Positions 1 through 9,244 of a stretch of 64,000 nt of DNA are shown here, in pieces. The position numbers and the translations under genes were made by a program. Positions within the stretch are counted from its first letter, which is position 1. Every line of letters starts with the position of its first letter. The notes under the pieces are model-generated. The model was not told the DNA's origin. It was given only the letters and a program-made list of their open reading frames with translations, and searched no databases. This DNA is from Naegleria gruberi (taxonomy: Eukaryota): NCBI GenBank assembly GCA_000004985.1, contig GG738847.1; one strand, written 5' to 3'.

Positions 1-480
1 TCGTTCACTCCCTTAATAATTTCTGTTCTTGTTCCATTATTGTCACTAACAGTATTTGAAGATTCATAAGTACTATAGTTTGTGTAGAATCCACCAGTCT
101 TTAATCTGGCATCGCCAAGATGTTCTTGAGTTAAAATCTGACCATTATTATTAGATGATTCATAAGTACTATAACTTGTACTATATCCAGTCTTGATGGC
201 TCTGACATCACCATGATGTTCCTGAGAAGAATATTCCCCGGTATGAAGATTTCTGGAAGCATTAGTAACACCTCTATCATTGTTCATAGCATTTGGATAA
301 ACATCATAACCATTACCTGAAACAACCTCAGAGTGACCATTTTGAGAAAACACCTTTTCCACATTGACTTTACCATTGTCATTGACCCCTCTTATGGTTT
401 CAGTTCTCGTTTGTCCATTTTCATCAGTGTAAGTTCTTGTTGTTTCATAGGTACTATAGTTATTAGAATAGCCAGCATTC
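1..480 (-). repeat. Imperfect tandem repeats (period about 97 nt, at least 3 copies) inside the cytoplasmic-tail coding region of the gene above.
   Basis: Copies of 'gattcataagtactata(g/a)tt..ccagtct..ctggcatc.cca.gatgttc.tgag' start near 61, 158 and about 443. They encode repeated ..HLGDARLKTGG(F)Y(T)NYSTYESSN.. peptide units. Confidence 0.5.
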
Positions 481-3400
481 GAATTGGTTCTATTTTGAGC
501 AGCAGAAACAGCAACAAGTTCATGCTTTTCACGGCTTCCTTTAGAAGAGAATGGCGATTCAGTTCTTGAAGATTTGCTGCTTTGGTTTCTTGAACCATAC
601 GTATTAATCTTGTTTGTGTAATATTGGGCATTACTGTTTGAAACAGTTCTTGAGTACTCATTGAAATCTTCATTATGATAGTCATCCAATGTTGTTGACT
701 CTTGATTCATCTCATCAACTGTTTGGTGATATTCATACCCTCTGTTAGTTTCAGAGTGGGATTTCATAAATGGTACATGTTCATGTTGCTCACGAGCATA
801 ATTAATAGCTTGCCTACTTCCGTGAGAAGAGGAATAATGACTACCTTTAAAGCTACTACCTCTACTGTATTCTCTTTTTTCTTCTTCACTGTTACTTCTA
901 CTGGTGAGAGTACGATAGCTTCCTGTATCCTTAATATCAGCCATTGACCTCATATGTTCGTAATTGACAACAGAATGTCCTCCTTCTTTAGTCTCTGTTA
1001 TCATTTGTCTATTTTGCATTTCCTCGGTGCTGACAAAGGTACCACCCTCTTTCCTATAGGCATGAGCACTGGTTGTTTGTCTTGCCACTCCTTCCAACAT
1101 ATTTTGATTGCTTGCATATTGGCTATCAGACGAATTGGTTGTTGTATTGGTTGTGGTGGTTACAACTTTCTTACCTCCATTCTTCTCTAACATTTCAATA
1201 TCAGTGTCGACAGCTTTTGCCACCAACATGATTGTCCCGTCCTTCATTCTCTTACCAACGTACACTACCTTCTTTTTGACAACTACATCTTGTTGGTATT
1301 TCTTCTTGTAATAGCAGCAGCATACGGCCACACAAATGAATGTAATAGTAAAAACACAACAAACCAATAAGATACCACCTGCAACGCAAATAATGATAAT
1401 ATAGGAAACATAGGTGACGGTAGTTGTTTCCATCACGAAAACATTGGTCAAATGATTACATTTACATTTAACAAGTGAAGAATTCAAGGAGGTGTAAGTG
1501 CAATTTGTTGTGGAAAAAGTTGCCAAGCTTGCTGCAGAATCTTCAAAATTAGCACAGTAGAAAATTCTTGATTGAACTACATATGAAAATGATTGTTGAG
1601 TTAGGTCATGAACAATGTTGGTGGTATTCACTGGAATGATATATTCTATACCTTCCCCATTAAACGAGACAGGATTATCAGTAATGGCAAGAGAGACAAT
1701 TGGAGAAACGGCACTTGATAATTTGTAAGTAGATGGTAAGCTTGTCTTGAGAGGGGTGTTCAACTTCTTGTTGAGACCAATGATATCATCAGAAACAATT
1801 AAAGCATGGGCGAAAGGCTTTGTAATAATTGTTGTCTGAGGTGAGAAGAGAGAAGTAGAGATGGATGTAGATGATTCAACTTGTAAAAGAGTTGCTTGAT
1901 AATTGTATAGAGTACTCTTTCCAACAGTTGAATGGTAGAACGACCCTCTGACATATTCTGGATAATTTACATTGATTTCTCTTGCTCTCAAAAGAGAGAA
2001 TTTCTTCATAATTCTAAAGACCTTGATACCGTTAGAATAACCTCCTCCATTTCTATCATAAATATAATGATATACATTATTTAAACATTTGATCAAGAGA
2101 TTATAAAGTTCAATAGGTATTCCAAGATCTGAAACTAATAAGGCATCATCCATAAATTTGTCCAAAGTTGTTAAGGCTTGAGAAATTGTTATGTTACTGA
2201 GATATGGATAGTTTGTTATGAGAGAATCTATGGCAATAGATACCATGATGACATAATCTTGATCAACTACAACATTAGTTCCATTGAAAACTTGGAGCAT
2301 GCTTCTCAATAGCGTTGACTTATCCATTTGAATATTATCATATTCGGTCACATGAACATCACAATTGTTTCCTACATATCCATCGGCGCATTTACAAGCT
2401 CCAGATGTTGTTTGTATACCATTTGTACACTCCTTTGCAGTGGAGAGTAAATCGAGCCCATTAAGAGCAGAGTTGAGCAAAACAGAATCAATTTTTGAAG
2501 TTGCAGATGATTGATAGAAACTCTTTCCAAAAGCACCAGAAGTGAGATATGAATCACTTAAAGAATTAAAACCTTGTGACTTTTCTAATACAAGGGTGAC
2601 ATTTGAAGCTACTGCAGGTAAAGTTACAGTAATGTCCTTGTAAATTGTCGTTGTTGATTCAGTGGTAACATCAATAATATCAAAGAAAACGGTTACCTTA
2701 TTGGAAAGTGTTGGACCTGGCAATTTAGTAGAAAAGAAATTACCCTTATTGTAGAGAGAAACTTTTAAATTGGCTCTATCATCTATATAACCAAACCTAA
2801 AATCTATATTATTGATCGAGCTCTTACAATTCAAACAATAAAACTGAAATTGTGATTCCATAGCACTACCACTGGTTGGTGAAATGTCACAATTACACAC
2901 TTTTGGAGAGATGCCCACTTGGAAGTTGTAAGTTAGTTGGGTGGATTGACTGATTGTTCCGTCGTTAACCACTACTCGCAAAACATTAGAAGAACCTTCT
3001 GTTAACTTAGAAGAATCAACCTTTACAGTTTGAGATGACCCTGATTGAATTATTCCTGAGTATAAAGTAACGCCGTTCAAACTCCATGTTGAATTTGTCT
3101 TGTCAGAGAAAGATGTCACAAATATTTGTGAGACGAAATTCTTTCCTGGAGCTATTACTGACGATTTTGGTTCAATTGTAACAAAGTTTACAACTGGAGG
3201 AATTGTTTGAAAATAAATGGTTATGCCCTTGGTTATGCTTCTCATATCTGACTTTACAATTTGGAGAGAAATATCAACGGATCTTGGAATGATATCGAAT
3301 AAAGAAGTGGAAACTGTAAAGTAAGTCTTTTTGGTGTTGGAAATGGCACTTAGTAAGGTGAGAAGACGAGGAGAGGTATTATCTAAACAGGTCCAGGTCC

Positions 3401-5450
3401 ACGTCTCTGATGAGAGTGTGTTGAATATTGATTCTGGATCAGAATAGTCAACTTGAACTGTTGTGTAATCTGATTTAGCTTCATATTTCATCAAGTTCAA
3501 AATTAAATTAGGAGATTGAGTGTTGAGTGTAATGATACTTGATGTCTTTGTGCTTTGATCCAAAGCATAATATGCGGAAACTTTAAATGTATATGTATTA
3601 CTACCAAATGTTGTCAATTTTGGAATAAAAAGATCATTATATGAATCTACATTATATGCAACACTTGGTCCACTCAATTGAGACCATTCGACCACTATTG
3701 TATCACCATTAGCCCTACAGGATGAGTGCTCAACAAATTTGTTAATCAGTAATGGAAATTGATTTGAGTATTTAGTCAGAGTGTATTGATCCTTTGCAAT
3801 TGTTAAAATTGGCAATACTTTTGTTGATTTCACAAAAGTACTAGAGTAAACTATGATACTATCCTTACTGAGGTATTCACTTCTTACTTGAAGTCTCATC
3901 TTGTAACTTCCGGCAGCGAGAGAGGAATCCAAAGTAATAAAGGCGCTATTAGCAAATGATGTGGATACCACACTCAAAGATGATGAATCCACCACTGCCC
4001 AGTTGTAGGTTAATGCCTTTCCATCTACCGAATAACTTTGAGAACCGTCAACAAGAATGGTATCACAAGAACTGAAGGTATCTACTGCTGGAAGTCTTAT
4101 TGTTGCTATTGGTGTTGCAATAACTGCTGGTGGATTAATAACAAAACTCAAATATGTTATAGTATTAGAAGATGTGGAATTATCAAAAGCACCGGCATTA
4201 ATTCTCAAATTACTAACCCCAGATTGAAGAGAAAAATCAATTGATCCAAACTTGATGAGAAAACGATACGTAGACTTGTCCAAGTAAAAACATCTCACAC
4301 TCGCACTGGTTCCATAAAGATCTCCAGATAAATCAGATGGATGTAAAACTTTGGAGCATGAGAGTTCAGAACCAGTAAAAGATGAAGGGGAATGAAAGAC
4401 GAATGAAATTCCTCTAAAGTCATCAGTTATTGTAGCAGGACCCGCAGCAGATGTGGCACATTTCTCTCCGTAGTATCCATTTTTACATGTATTACATGAA
4501 GCTCCCGTCCAATAACCTTCATCAGCATTGGAGTAACAAACACATGAATCAGAGACATCACATTCTCCATGACTTGAACAAGTTGTTTCTTTTGAGCATG
4601 CAGTGATTTCTTTTGAGTTGTATCTCCTTGTTGTTCGTCGTGGAGTGAATGAAACACCTTTCAAGAGTATATTTCCACCTTGTCCAACAATATACACCTT
4701 ACCGTCAATCTGTGTACTGGTGATGGAGGAAAGTTCATCAGTGAAGAGTTTACCCTTGAATACGCCACCTCTTATTTCACTTGATTTTGCGACGAAAACC
4801 AGATTATCAATTGAAGCATGTCTTGAGAGTTGGACATCCAAATGGTCAATAATGAGTCTTCCTTCTTCACTATTTGGAAACTTAAGAACCACCTCCTCAC
4901 TCCCCTTTACCACCAGGGTTGGTGGATTCACTTCGTTTGTTTGTGCAGCAAACCATCCATTCTCAAAGCAATAAATATTGCCTCCCTCAACTTGTAAAAG
5001 TGGCAAGTTGGAATCTGATGATGAAAATGTAAAATCGCATGGAGTGTCCATATATTGAGAGTAGGTTTTCCTTGCTGATGAATAAAGTTGTGTGGAGAGC
5101 TGGTCTCCATAGTGGAAAGAACCTCCGTTTTCAGTTAAGAATTGATGAGGAGATAATAAGCCTATCGACGAAACACTTGCTCCACTCACTTTTAGCGAAC
5201 AAGTTGAATCAACATGAACAAAATTTTGACCATTAACAAAGACATATTCTGCTAATGGGTCTTCTACTTTTGATGAACAAAACTTGCCACCAAATCCTGA
5301 ATAACAAAGACAAGTATCTTGATATGTACAAAAACCATGTCCTGAACAGACCCTACTTTTTTCACTCGAGTCTATTCCATTACATGTATATGAAAAAACT
5401 AGTCCTAGATTTAATAATAATAATAATAAAACGGTCGCTAACTTTGCCAT
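1..5450 (-). CDS. Large type I transmembrane glycoprotein, 5'-complete and 3'-truncated by the window edge. It has a signal peptide, EGF-like Cys modules, a long repeat-rich ectodomain, one TM helix and a Tyr/Ser-rich repetitive cytoplasmic tail.
   Basis: ATG at 5450 (minus) gives MAKLATVLLLLLLNLGLVFSYTCNG..., a signal peptide. EGF-like modules read CSGHGFCTYQDTCLCYSGFGGKFC and CSSHGECDVSDSCVCYSN..CNTCKNGYYGEKC. I translated the frame by hand from 5450 to about 4560 and from about 130 to 1 with no stop; both ends share the same codon phase. A TM segment (..VSYIIIICVAGGILLVCCVFTITFICVAVCCCYYKKK) lies at about 1320-1440. The ORF has no stop inside the window, which explains its absence from the ORF track. 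Continuity across 1440-4560 was not fully verified. Confidence 0.6.
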   Translation of the reverse strand, partial: MAKLATVLLLLLLNLGLVFSYTCNGIDSSEKSRVCSGHGFCTYQDTCLCYSGFGGKFCSSKVEDPLAEYVFVNGQNFVHVDSTCSLKVSGASVSSIGLLSPHQFLTENGGSFHYGDQLSTQLYSSARKTYSQYMDTPCDFTFSSSDSNLPLLQVEGGNIYCFENGWFAAQTNEVNPPTLVVKGSEEVVLKFPNSEEGRLIIDHLDVQLSRHASIDNLVFVAKSSEIRGGVFKGKLFTDELSSITSTQIDGKVYIVGQGGNILLKGVSFTPRRTTRRYNSKEITACSKETTCSSHGECDVSDSCVCYSNADEGYWTGASCNTCKNGYYGEKCATSAAGPATITDDFRGISFVFHSPSSFTGSELSCSKVLHPSDLSGDLYGTSASVRCFYLDKSTYRFLIKFGSIDFSLQSGVSNLRINAGAFDNSTSSNTITYLSFVINPPAVIATPIATIRLPAVDTFSSCDTILVDGSQSYSVDGKALTYNWAVVDSSSLSVVSTSFANSAFITLDSSLAAGSYKMRLQVRSEYLSKDSIIVYSSTFVKSTKVLPILTIAKDQYTLTKYSNQFPLLINKFVEHSSCRANGDTIVVEWSQLSGPSVAYNVDSYNDLFIPKLTTFGSNTYTFKVSAYYALDQSTKTSSIITLNTQSPNLILNLMKYEAKSDYTTVQVDYSDPESIFNTLSSETWTWTCLDNTSPRLLTLLSAISNTKKTYFTVSTSLFDIIPRSVDISLQIVKSDMRSITKGITIYFQTIPPVVNFVTIEPKSSVIAPGKNFVSQIFVTSFSDKTNSTWSLNGVTLYSGIIQSGSSQTVKVDSSKLTEGSSNVLRVVVNDGTISQSTQLTYNFQVGISPKVCNCDISPTSGSAMESQFQFYCLNCKSSINNIDFRFGYIDDRANLKVSLYNKGNFFSTKLPGPTLSNKVTVFFDIIDVTTESTTTIYKDITVTLPAVASNVTLVLEKSQGFNSLSDSYLTSGAFGKSFYQSSATSKIDSVLLNSALNGLDLLSTAKECTNGIQTTSGACKCADGYVGNNCDVHVTEYDNIQMDKSTLLRSMLQVFNGTNVVVDQDYVIMVSIAIDSLITNYPYLSNITISQALTTLDKFMDDALLVSDLGIPIELYNLLIKCLNNVYHYIYDRNGGGYSNGIKVFRIMKKFSLLRAREINVNYPEYVRGSFYHSTVGKSTLYNYQATLLQVESSTSISTSLFSPQTTIITKPFAHALIVSDDIIGLNKKLNTPLKTSLPSTYKLSSAVSPIVSLAITDNPVSFNGEGIEYIIPVNTTNIVHDLTQQSFSYVVQSRIFYCANFEDSAASLATFSTTNCTYTSLNSSLVKCKCNHLTNVFVMETTTVTYVSYIIIICVAGGILLVCCVFTITFICVAVCCCYYKKKYQQDVVVKKKVVYVGKRMKDGTIMLVAKAVDTDIEMLEKNGGKKVVTTTTNTTTNSSDSQYASNQNMLEGVARQTTSAHAYRKEGGTFVSTEEMQNRQMITETKEGGHSVVNYEHMRSMADIKDTGSYRTLTSRSNSEEEKREYSRGSSFKGSHYSSSHGSRQAINYAREQHEHVPFMKSHSETNRGYEYHQTVDEMNQESTTLDDYHNEDFNEYSRTVSNSNAQYYTNKINTYGSRNQSSKSSRTESPFSSKGSREKHELVAVSAAQNRTNSNAGYSNNYSTYETTRTYTDENGQTRTETIRGVNDNGKVNVEKVFSQNGHSEVVSGNGYDVYPNAMNNDRGVTNASRNLHTGEYSSQEHHGDVRAIKTGYSTSYSTYESSNNNGQILTQEHLGDARLKTGGFYTNYSTYESSNTVSDNNGTRTEIIKGVN

Positions 5451-6858
5451 TAAGGCTGGCCAGCGCAAATTCCTTGTCATTTTTTTGTTTGCTGACCGTA
5501 ACAAACTAAGCTTTAAACTTTCACAAGACTTTGTGAACAAATTAAGGTGGAGCGTTTCCAAACGAGGCCTCTTCAGTTACTTCTGCACTCGATAACTTAG
5601 TTTCCTTCTCCGATCCCAATACTTCCTTAAGGGAATTGATGCCTTGTTAGATTTTCGGTTACTGATATTCTCGCTGTGTTTTTTTGCCGCAACAATCAAT
5701 TCATCACTTCCCTTAATTTTTTCCTCTTTGTAGTTTAACCAACGCCAATAATAATGTAAATAGGTTGTGTAATCATTGACTGAATAGGAAACTTGAGACA
5801 TTGGCTAAAAAACTTAATGAAATATATTTCATACCTCACCTAGAAATCAAGGCCTAAAAGCTAAGTTGACTTCTAATTAGAAGGCAGGAGTGATTTTTTT
5901 TTTTCTCTGGGGTTTTCTATTGAAAATCAAATTAGAAGTGGAAATAAATGGTAATCTTGCTCAAACTCAACATAACAAACTGGGAAATTCTTTAACTGGC
6001 ATTGATGAAAAAAGTTCTGATGAACTATTAAGTTTCCACCTTTCTTCAAGTCATTTCGGTATAGAATTCATTCTCTTTACTAAACTATTTTGAACAAACA
6101 CTTTATGGAAGTGCCGCTCAATAAAAAGTACCTCAATCATTACTAACAACAAACAAAATAACTTTTCCATCTTTGTTGATAACAATTACTAATAATATGA
6201 TCAATAAAACTGTTCCATCCTTAATACTTCAAAGGGTCAATATAAATTACCAAAGAAACCATTTTGTATTGATGCGGATCTTTTAACACTATTAACAGAT
6301 TTTATCTACCCTTTCCTATGCGCGTCATGGTTCAACATTGAGAAAAACTCATCACCAATAACGACAAATAAGAATTGACGATGCTTTTAAATACAAAAGT
6401 GGCTCCTCTAGCTGATTGTGTCTGCTTTCACCCAACAAGTCCAAGTTACTTGGCGTTTTTGTTTGCATCTCCCTGATGTACTTGTTGTTAACTTGCGTAG
6501 AATAATTAGAGAAAAAAAACAACGCAACTTTGCAGGTATTGAAGGTATAAATCACAACAACAAGCCTTTGAAAAATTAATTGATACTCTGCGGTTTGGAT
6601 TCAACCTCAAATACCAATCATACAACAATAGTACGAGAGTGTGTGAACGCATTGTTTAAACTTGTTTCAAGTATCTTCATAGTCACCGTTTAATTCTCTC
6701 TTCGAATATATTAGCATTTTGTGATCAAACAAGCCTTCCGAAATTTACCCTCTTTGATCATCACAACCACCACATTTTGTATACTACTGCTACCAATCGC
6801 TAATACTTCCATCAAATCTCCACACAATTGTAACATATAACTCTCCTAGGAATACACC

Positions 6859-9156
6859 ATGTTTTTCGAACCATCCCCACCAAACTTTTGCCTTCATAGA
6901 CATCCCTCCTCCTCTTCTTCATCTCCCAACCAAAATACACGTACAGCTTCTGCAGATCCAACATTGGAAGCTACTCGTTTGAGAAATCTCCTTGATAGTC
7001 AACAACACCTTTGTGTGGCATCATCACCTCTTTCAACTCTTAGATCCACAAGCCTCCAATCCAATTCATCACCAACAAATTTGTCAACCAGCCTACCGTC
7101 ACCCAACACAACTATCCAACAACCTCAAATAGATTCCGCCTTTTTCAATCACCTAAAAGACAACCTGAAAGTCATTAGGGACATTTTGATGGGAGATGAA
7201 GAGTTTTGTATGAAGACATTGTCGACCAATATTACCCTAGACGCCTCGTCATGCAATTTGTTCAAAGATTCACTCGATGGTGTGTTGAAATATTTGAACA
7301 ATTCCTTTTTTCAAAACCGCTCTAATTCCACAGCAATTGAACATTTAAATAGCCTAGTGGATGTTAAATCAACCTTGAAAGATAACCCTTGTAGTACAAC
7401 ATCCCAAGATCACATCTTCCAAAACAACTTTTTCCTTTTTTATAAGTTTTGCGTGAGAGCACTCTTTATCCAAAGTATCATTGAAAATCCAGAATTGTAT
7501 TCCAAATCTGGAGATGAATTGAGAAATAGACTCTCTATTGATGATTTGGCTGTTGCCATTGACTTTTTTGAAAATAGAGATTTCTACCATTCTAACTCTC
7601 CAAATGCCAACTCTAATTTTAACTTGTTTGGTTTGTGCCATCAAATTCCAACTCCTAATAATCCTCCTCAATTGATTAATTCTGATGAACCAACTCAAAA
7701 GAGAAAACTTTCTCAATTCTTATCTGATAATGAAGAATACTCACCATTATTGGAGTCTGTAGATTGTGAAGAATCCAAGATAAAGAGAAGAAAATACAAC
7801 ATTGCTGTACTTTCGAGCTTTAACATTGACAAGACTACAACAGAGATTAGAGACCTTTTCCATCCATGCTTGAGATCATTCTATGACCAAGTTAATGAAG
7901 GATTAAAAGCCTATCGGGAAGAAATGCTCTCTGAAAAGAATCAATCCAAGACTTCTATGGATGATGCCATTTTGGGTACAGAACTTGTTTGTAAATATAG
8001 AGCAAAGGAGTCATACTTCCATTTCCTTGAATCTGTCAAGAAGAATCCATACAATTATCATGCCTACTTCCAACTTTTAGAAGTATTTAGGTTAATGGAT
8101 AAGAATATTGAAACTATGAAATGGTTAAGAATTGGTATTGTGAGATGCGACGAAGAACTTAACTATTTAAATACCCTCTACGAAATTGCCAATAGTCCAT
8201 TGATGAACATGAAAAGTTCTCCAAGTGGAATTGAACTACTTTCCACTTTTACAACCCTCATCAAAAAGACAAAGGCTGTCAGAGAAGTATTCTTCGGTTG
8301 CCTCCACCACTTTACTCACAATCCAAGTCCTAACGAACACTTTTTCAGTGCCATAGAGAAAGATAGCCAATGCTTTTATGGACACTATTTTATTGGTATG
8401 CTAACTGGTTTTAACAAACTTTCGTCAAGGAATCAAATGGCTCCAATTCATTTCCTCGACAATTCTTTGAATGCCATCAAGGAATCACATGCTTTTGGGT
8501 TCAGAGGTATTATACCTGCTGCTGCATATTTTGATTCTTGTGATGTTGAAATGACATATGGTAATTCCATGCTTCAACCTTTTGTATATTACATGATTGG
8601 TCTTCTTAAATGGAGAGTCAATGACGTTAAGGCGACCATGCAAAACTTTAATAAGGCTCTAGAATGTAATGAGAATTTAATTCTAATTTACTTGAATAGA
8701 GTAACACTCTTCCAACAAACCAAGTACTTTGACAAGGCCCTAAAAGATAATAATGTTCTAATGAATATTATCTGGAAACATTCACCTCTAAGCGAAATTA
8801 GATCTGAACTTTCAATGGCCTACCTAAATCAAGCTCTTCTCCTTCTAGATATGAAAGAGAAAAATATTAACCTGGTCGTAGAGTCATTAGAAAAGTCTTT
8901 TGAGACTTATCCAATGAATATTTGCGCTCTTGACTGGTTGTGTGGTATTCAAACAAACAGACAATCACTATCTCTAGAGAAGTACGAAAAGTATGCTGAA
9001 CAAGTCTATGAGTACATGGAAAGATTAGAAAGAGACGAAATGATTCGATTCTGCAAACTCCAAGCTCACATGTACAGATTGTTCAGCAGTGACAAACTGG
9101 CCAAGTGGCAAAAAATGTTAAATAATTTCGGAAATATTAACTCACGAACACATTAG
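6859..9156 (+). CDS. Hypothetical protein, 765 aa, single exon. The N-terminus is low-complexity (S/T/N/P); the C-terminal two-thirds is globular and possibly helical-repeat-like. Function not recognised.
   Basis: Long ATG-initiated ORF (ATG at 6859). Codon usage matches neighbouring genes. The antisense ORF 7369..7716 is a shadow. Confidence 0.5.
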   Translation: MFFEPSPPNFCLHRHPSSSSSSPNQNTRTASADPTLEATRLRNLLDSQQHLCVASSPLSTLRSTSLQSNSSPTNLSTSLPSPNTTIQQPQIDSAFFNHLKDNLKVIRDILMGDEEFCMKTLSTNITLDASSCNLFKDSLDGVLKYLNNSFFQNRSNSTAIEHLNSLVDVKSTLKDNPCSTTSQDHIFQNNFFLFYKFCVRALFIQSIIENPELYSKSGDELRNRLSIDDLAVAIDFFENRDFYHSNSPNANSNFNLFGLCHQIPTPNNPPQLINSDEPTQKRKLSQFLSDNEEYSPLLESVDCEESKIKRRKYNIAVLSSFNIDKTTTEIRDLFHPCLRSFYDQVNEGLKAYREEMLSEKNQSKTSMDDAILGTELVCKYRAKESYFHFLESVKKNPYNYHAYFQLLEVFRLMDKNIETMKWLRIGIVRCDEELNYLNTLYEIANSPLMNMKSSPSGIELLSTFTTLIKKTKAVREVFFGCLHHFTHNPSPNEHFFSAIEKDSQCFYGHYFIGMLTGFNKLSSRNQMAPIHFLDNSLNAIKESHAFGFRGIIPAAAYFDSCDVEMTYGNSMLQPFVYYMIGLLKWRVNDVKATMQNFNKALECNENLILIYLNRVTLFQQTKYFDKALKDNNVLMNIIWKHSPLSEIRSELSMAYLNQALLLLDMKEKNINLVVESLEKSFETYPMNICALDWLCGIQTNRQSLSLEKYEKYAEQVYEYMERLERDEMIRFCKLQAHMYRLFSSDKLAKWQKMLNNFGNINSRTH

Positions 9157-9163
9157 TGTTAAT

Positions 9164-9169
9164 AATAAA
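9164..9169 (+). terminator. AATAAA poly(A) signal candidate, 8 nt after the stop of the 6859..9156 gene.
   Basis: The hexamer 'aataaa' lies directly downstream of TAG 9154-9156. The next gene's ATG is at 9245, so the spacer is about 88 bp. Confidence 0.3.
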
Positions 9170-9244
9170 CACAAAATATTGCACAAAGTTAATAGTTGCA
9201 ATATATAAATAATAATAGTTAATTTTTCCAAAGCCTTTTAAAAA

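Noticed and set aside
5577-6093. Short ORFs (5577..5801-, 5890..6093+) in the divergent promoter region between the left-edge gene and the 6859 gene.
   Set aside because: No motif and no start context. They sit in AT-rich spacer with poly-T/A tracts and are more likely bidirectional promoter DNA.
7369-7716. Antisense ORFs inside long genes (7369..7716-, 17135..19741+, 20463..20777+, 22616..23591-, 53540..56867+, and others).
   Set aside because: They lie opposite E/K/S/N-rich coding sequence, where low-complexity codon repeats keep the opposite strand open. Their peptides are low-complexity, and every one is nested in a better-supported gene.
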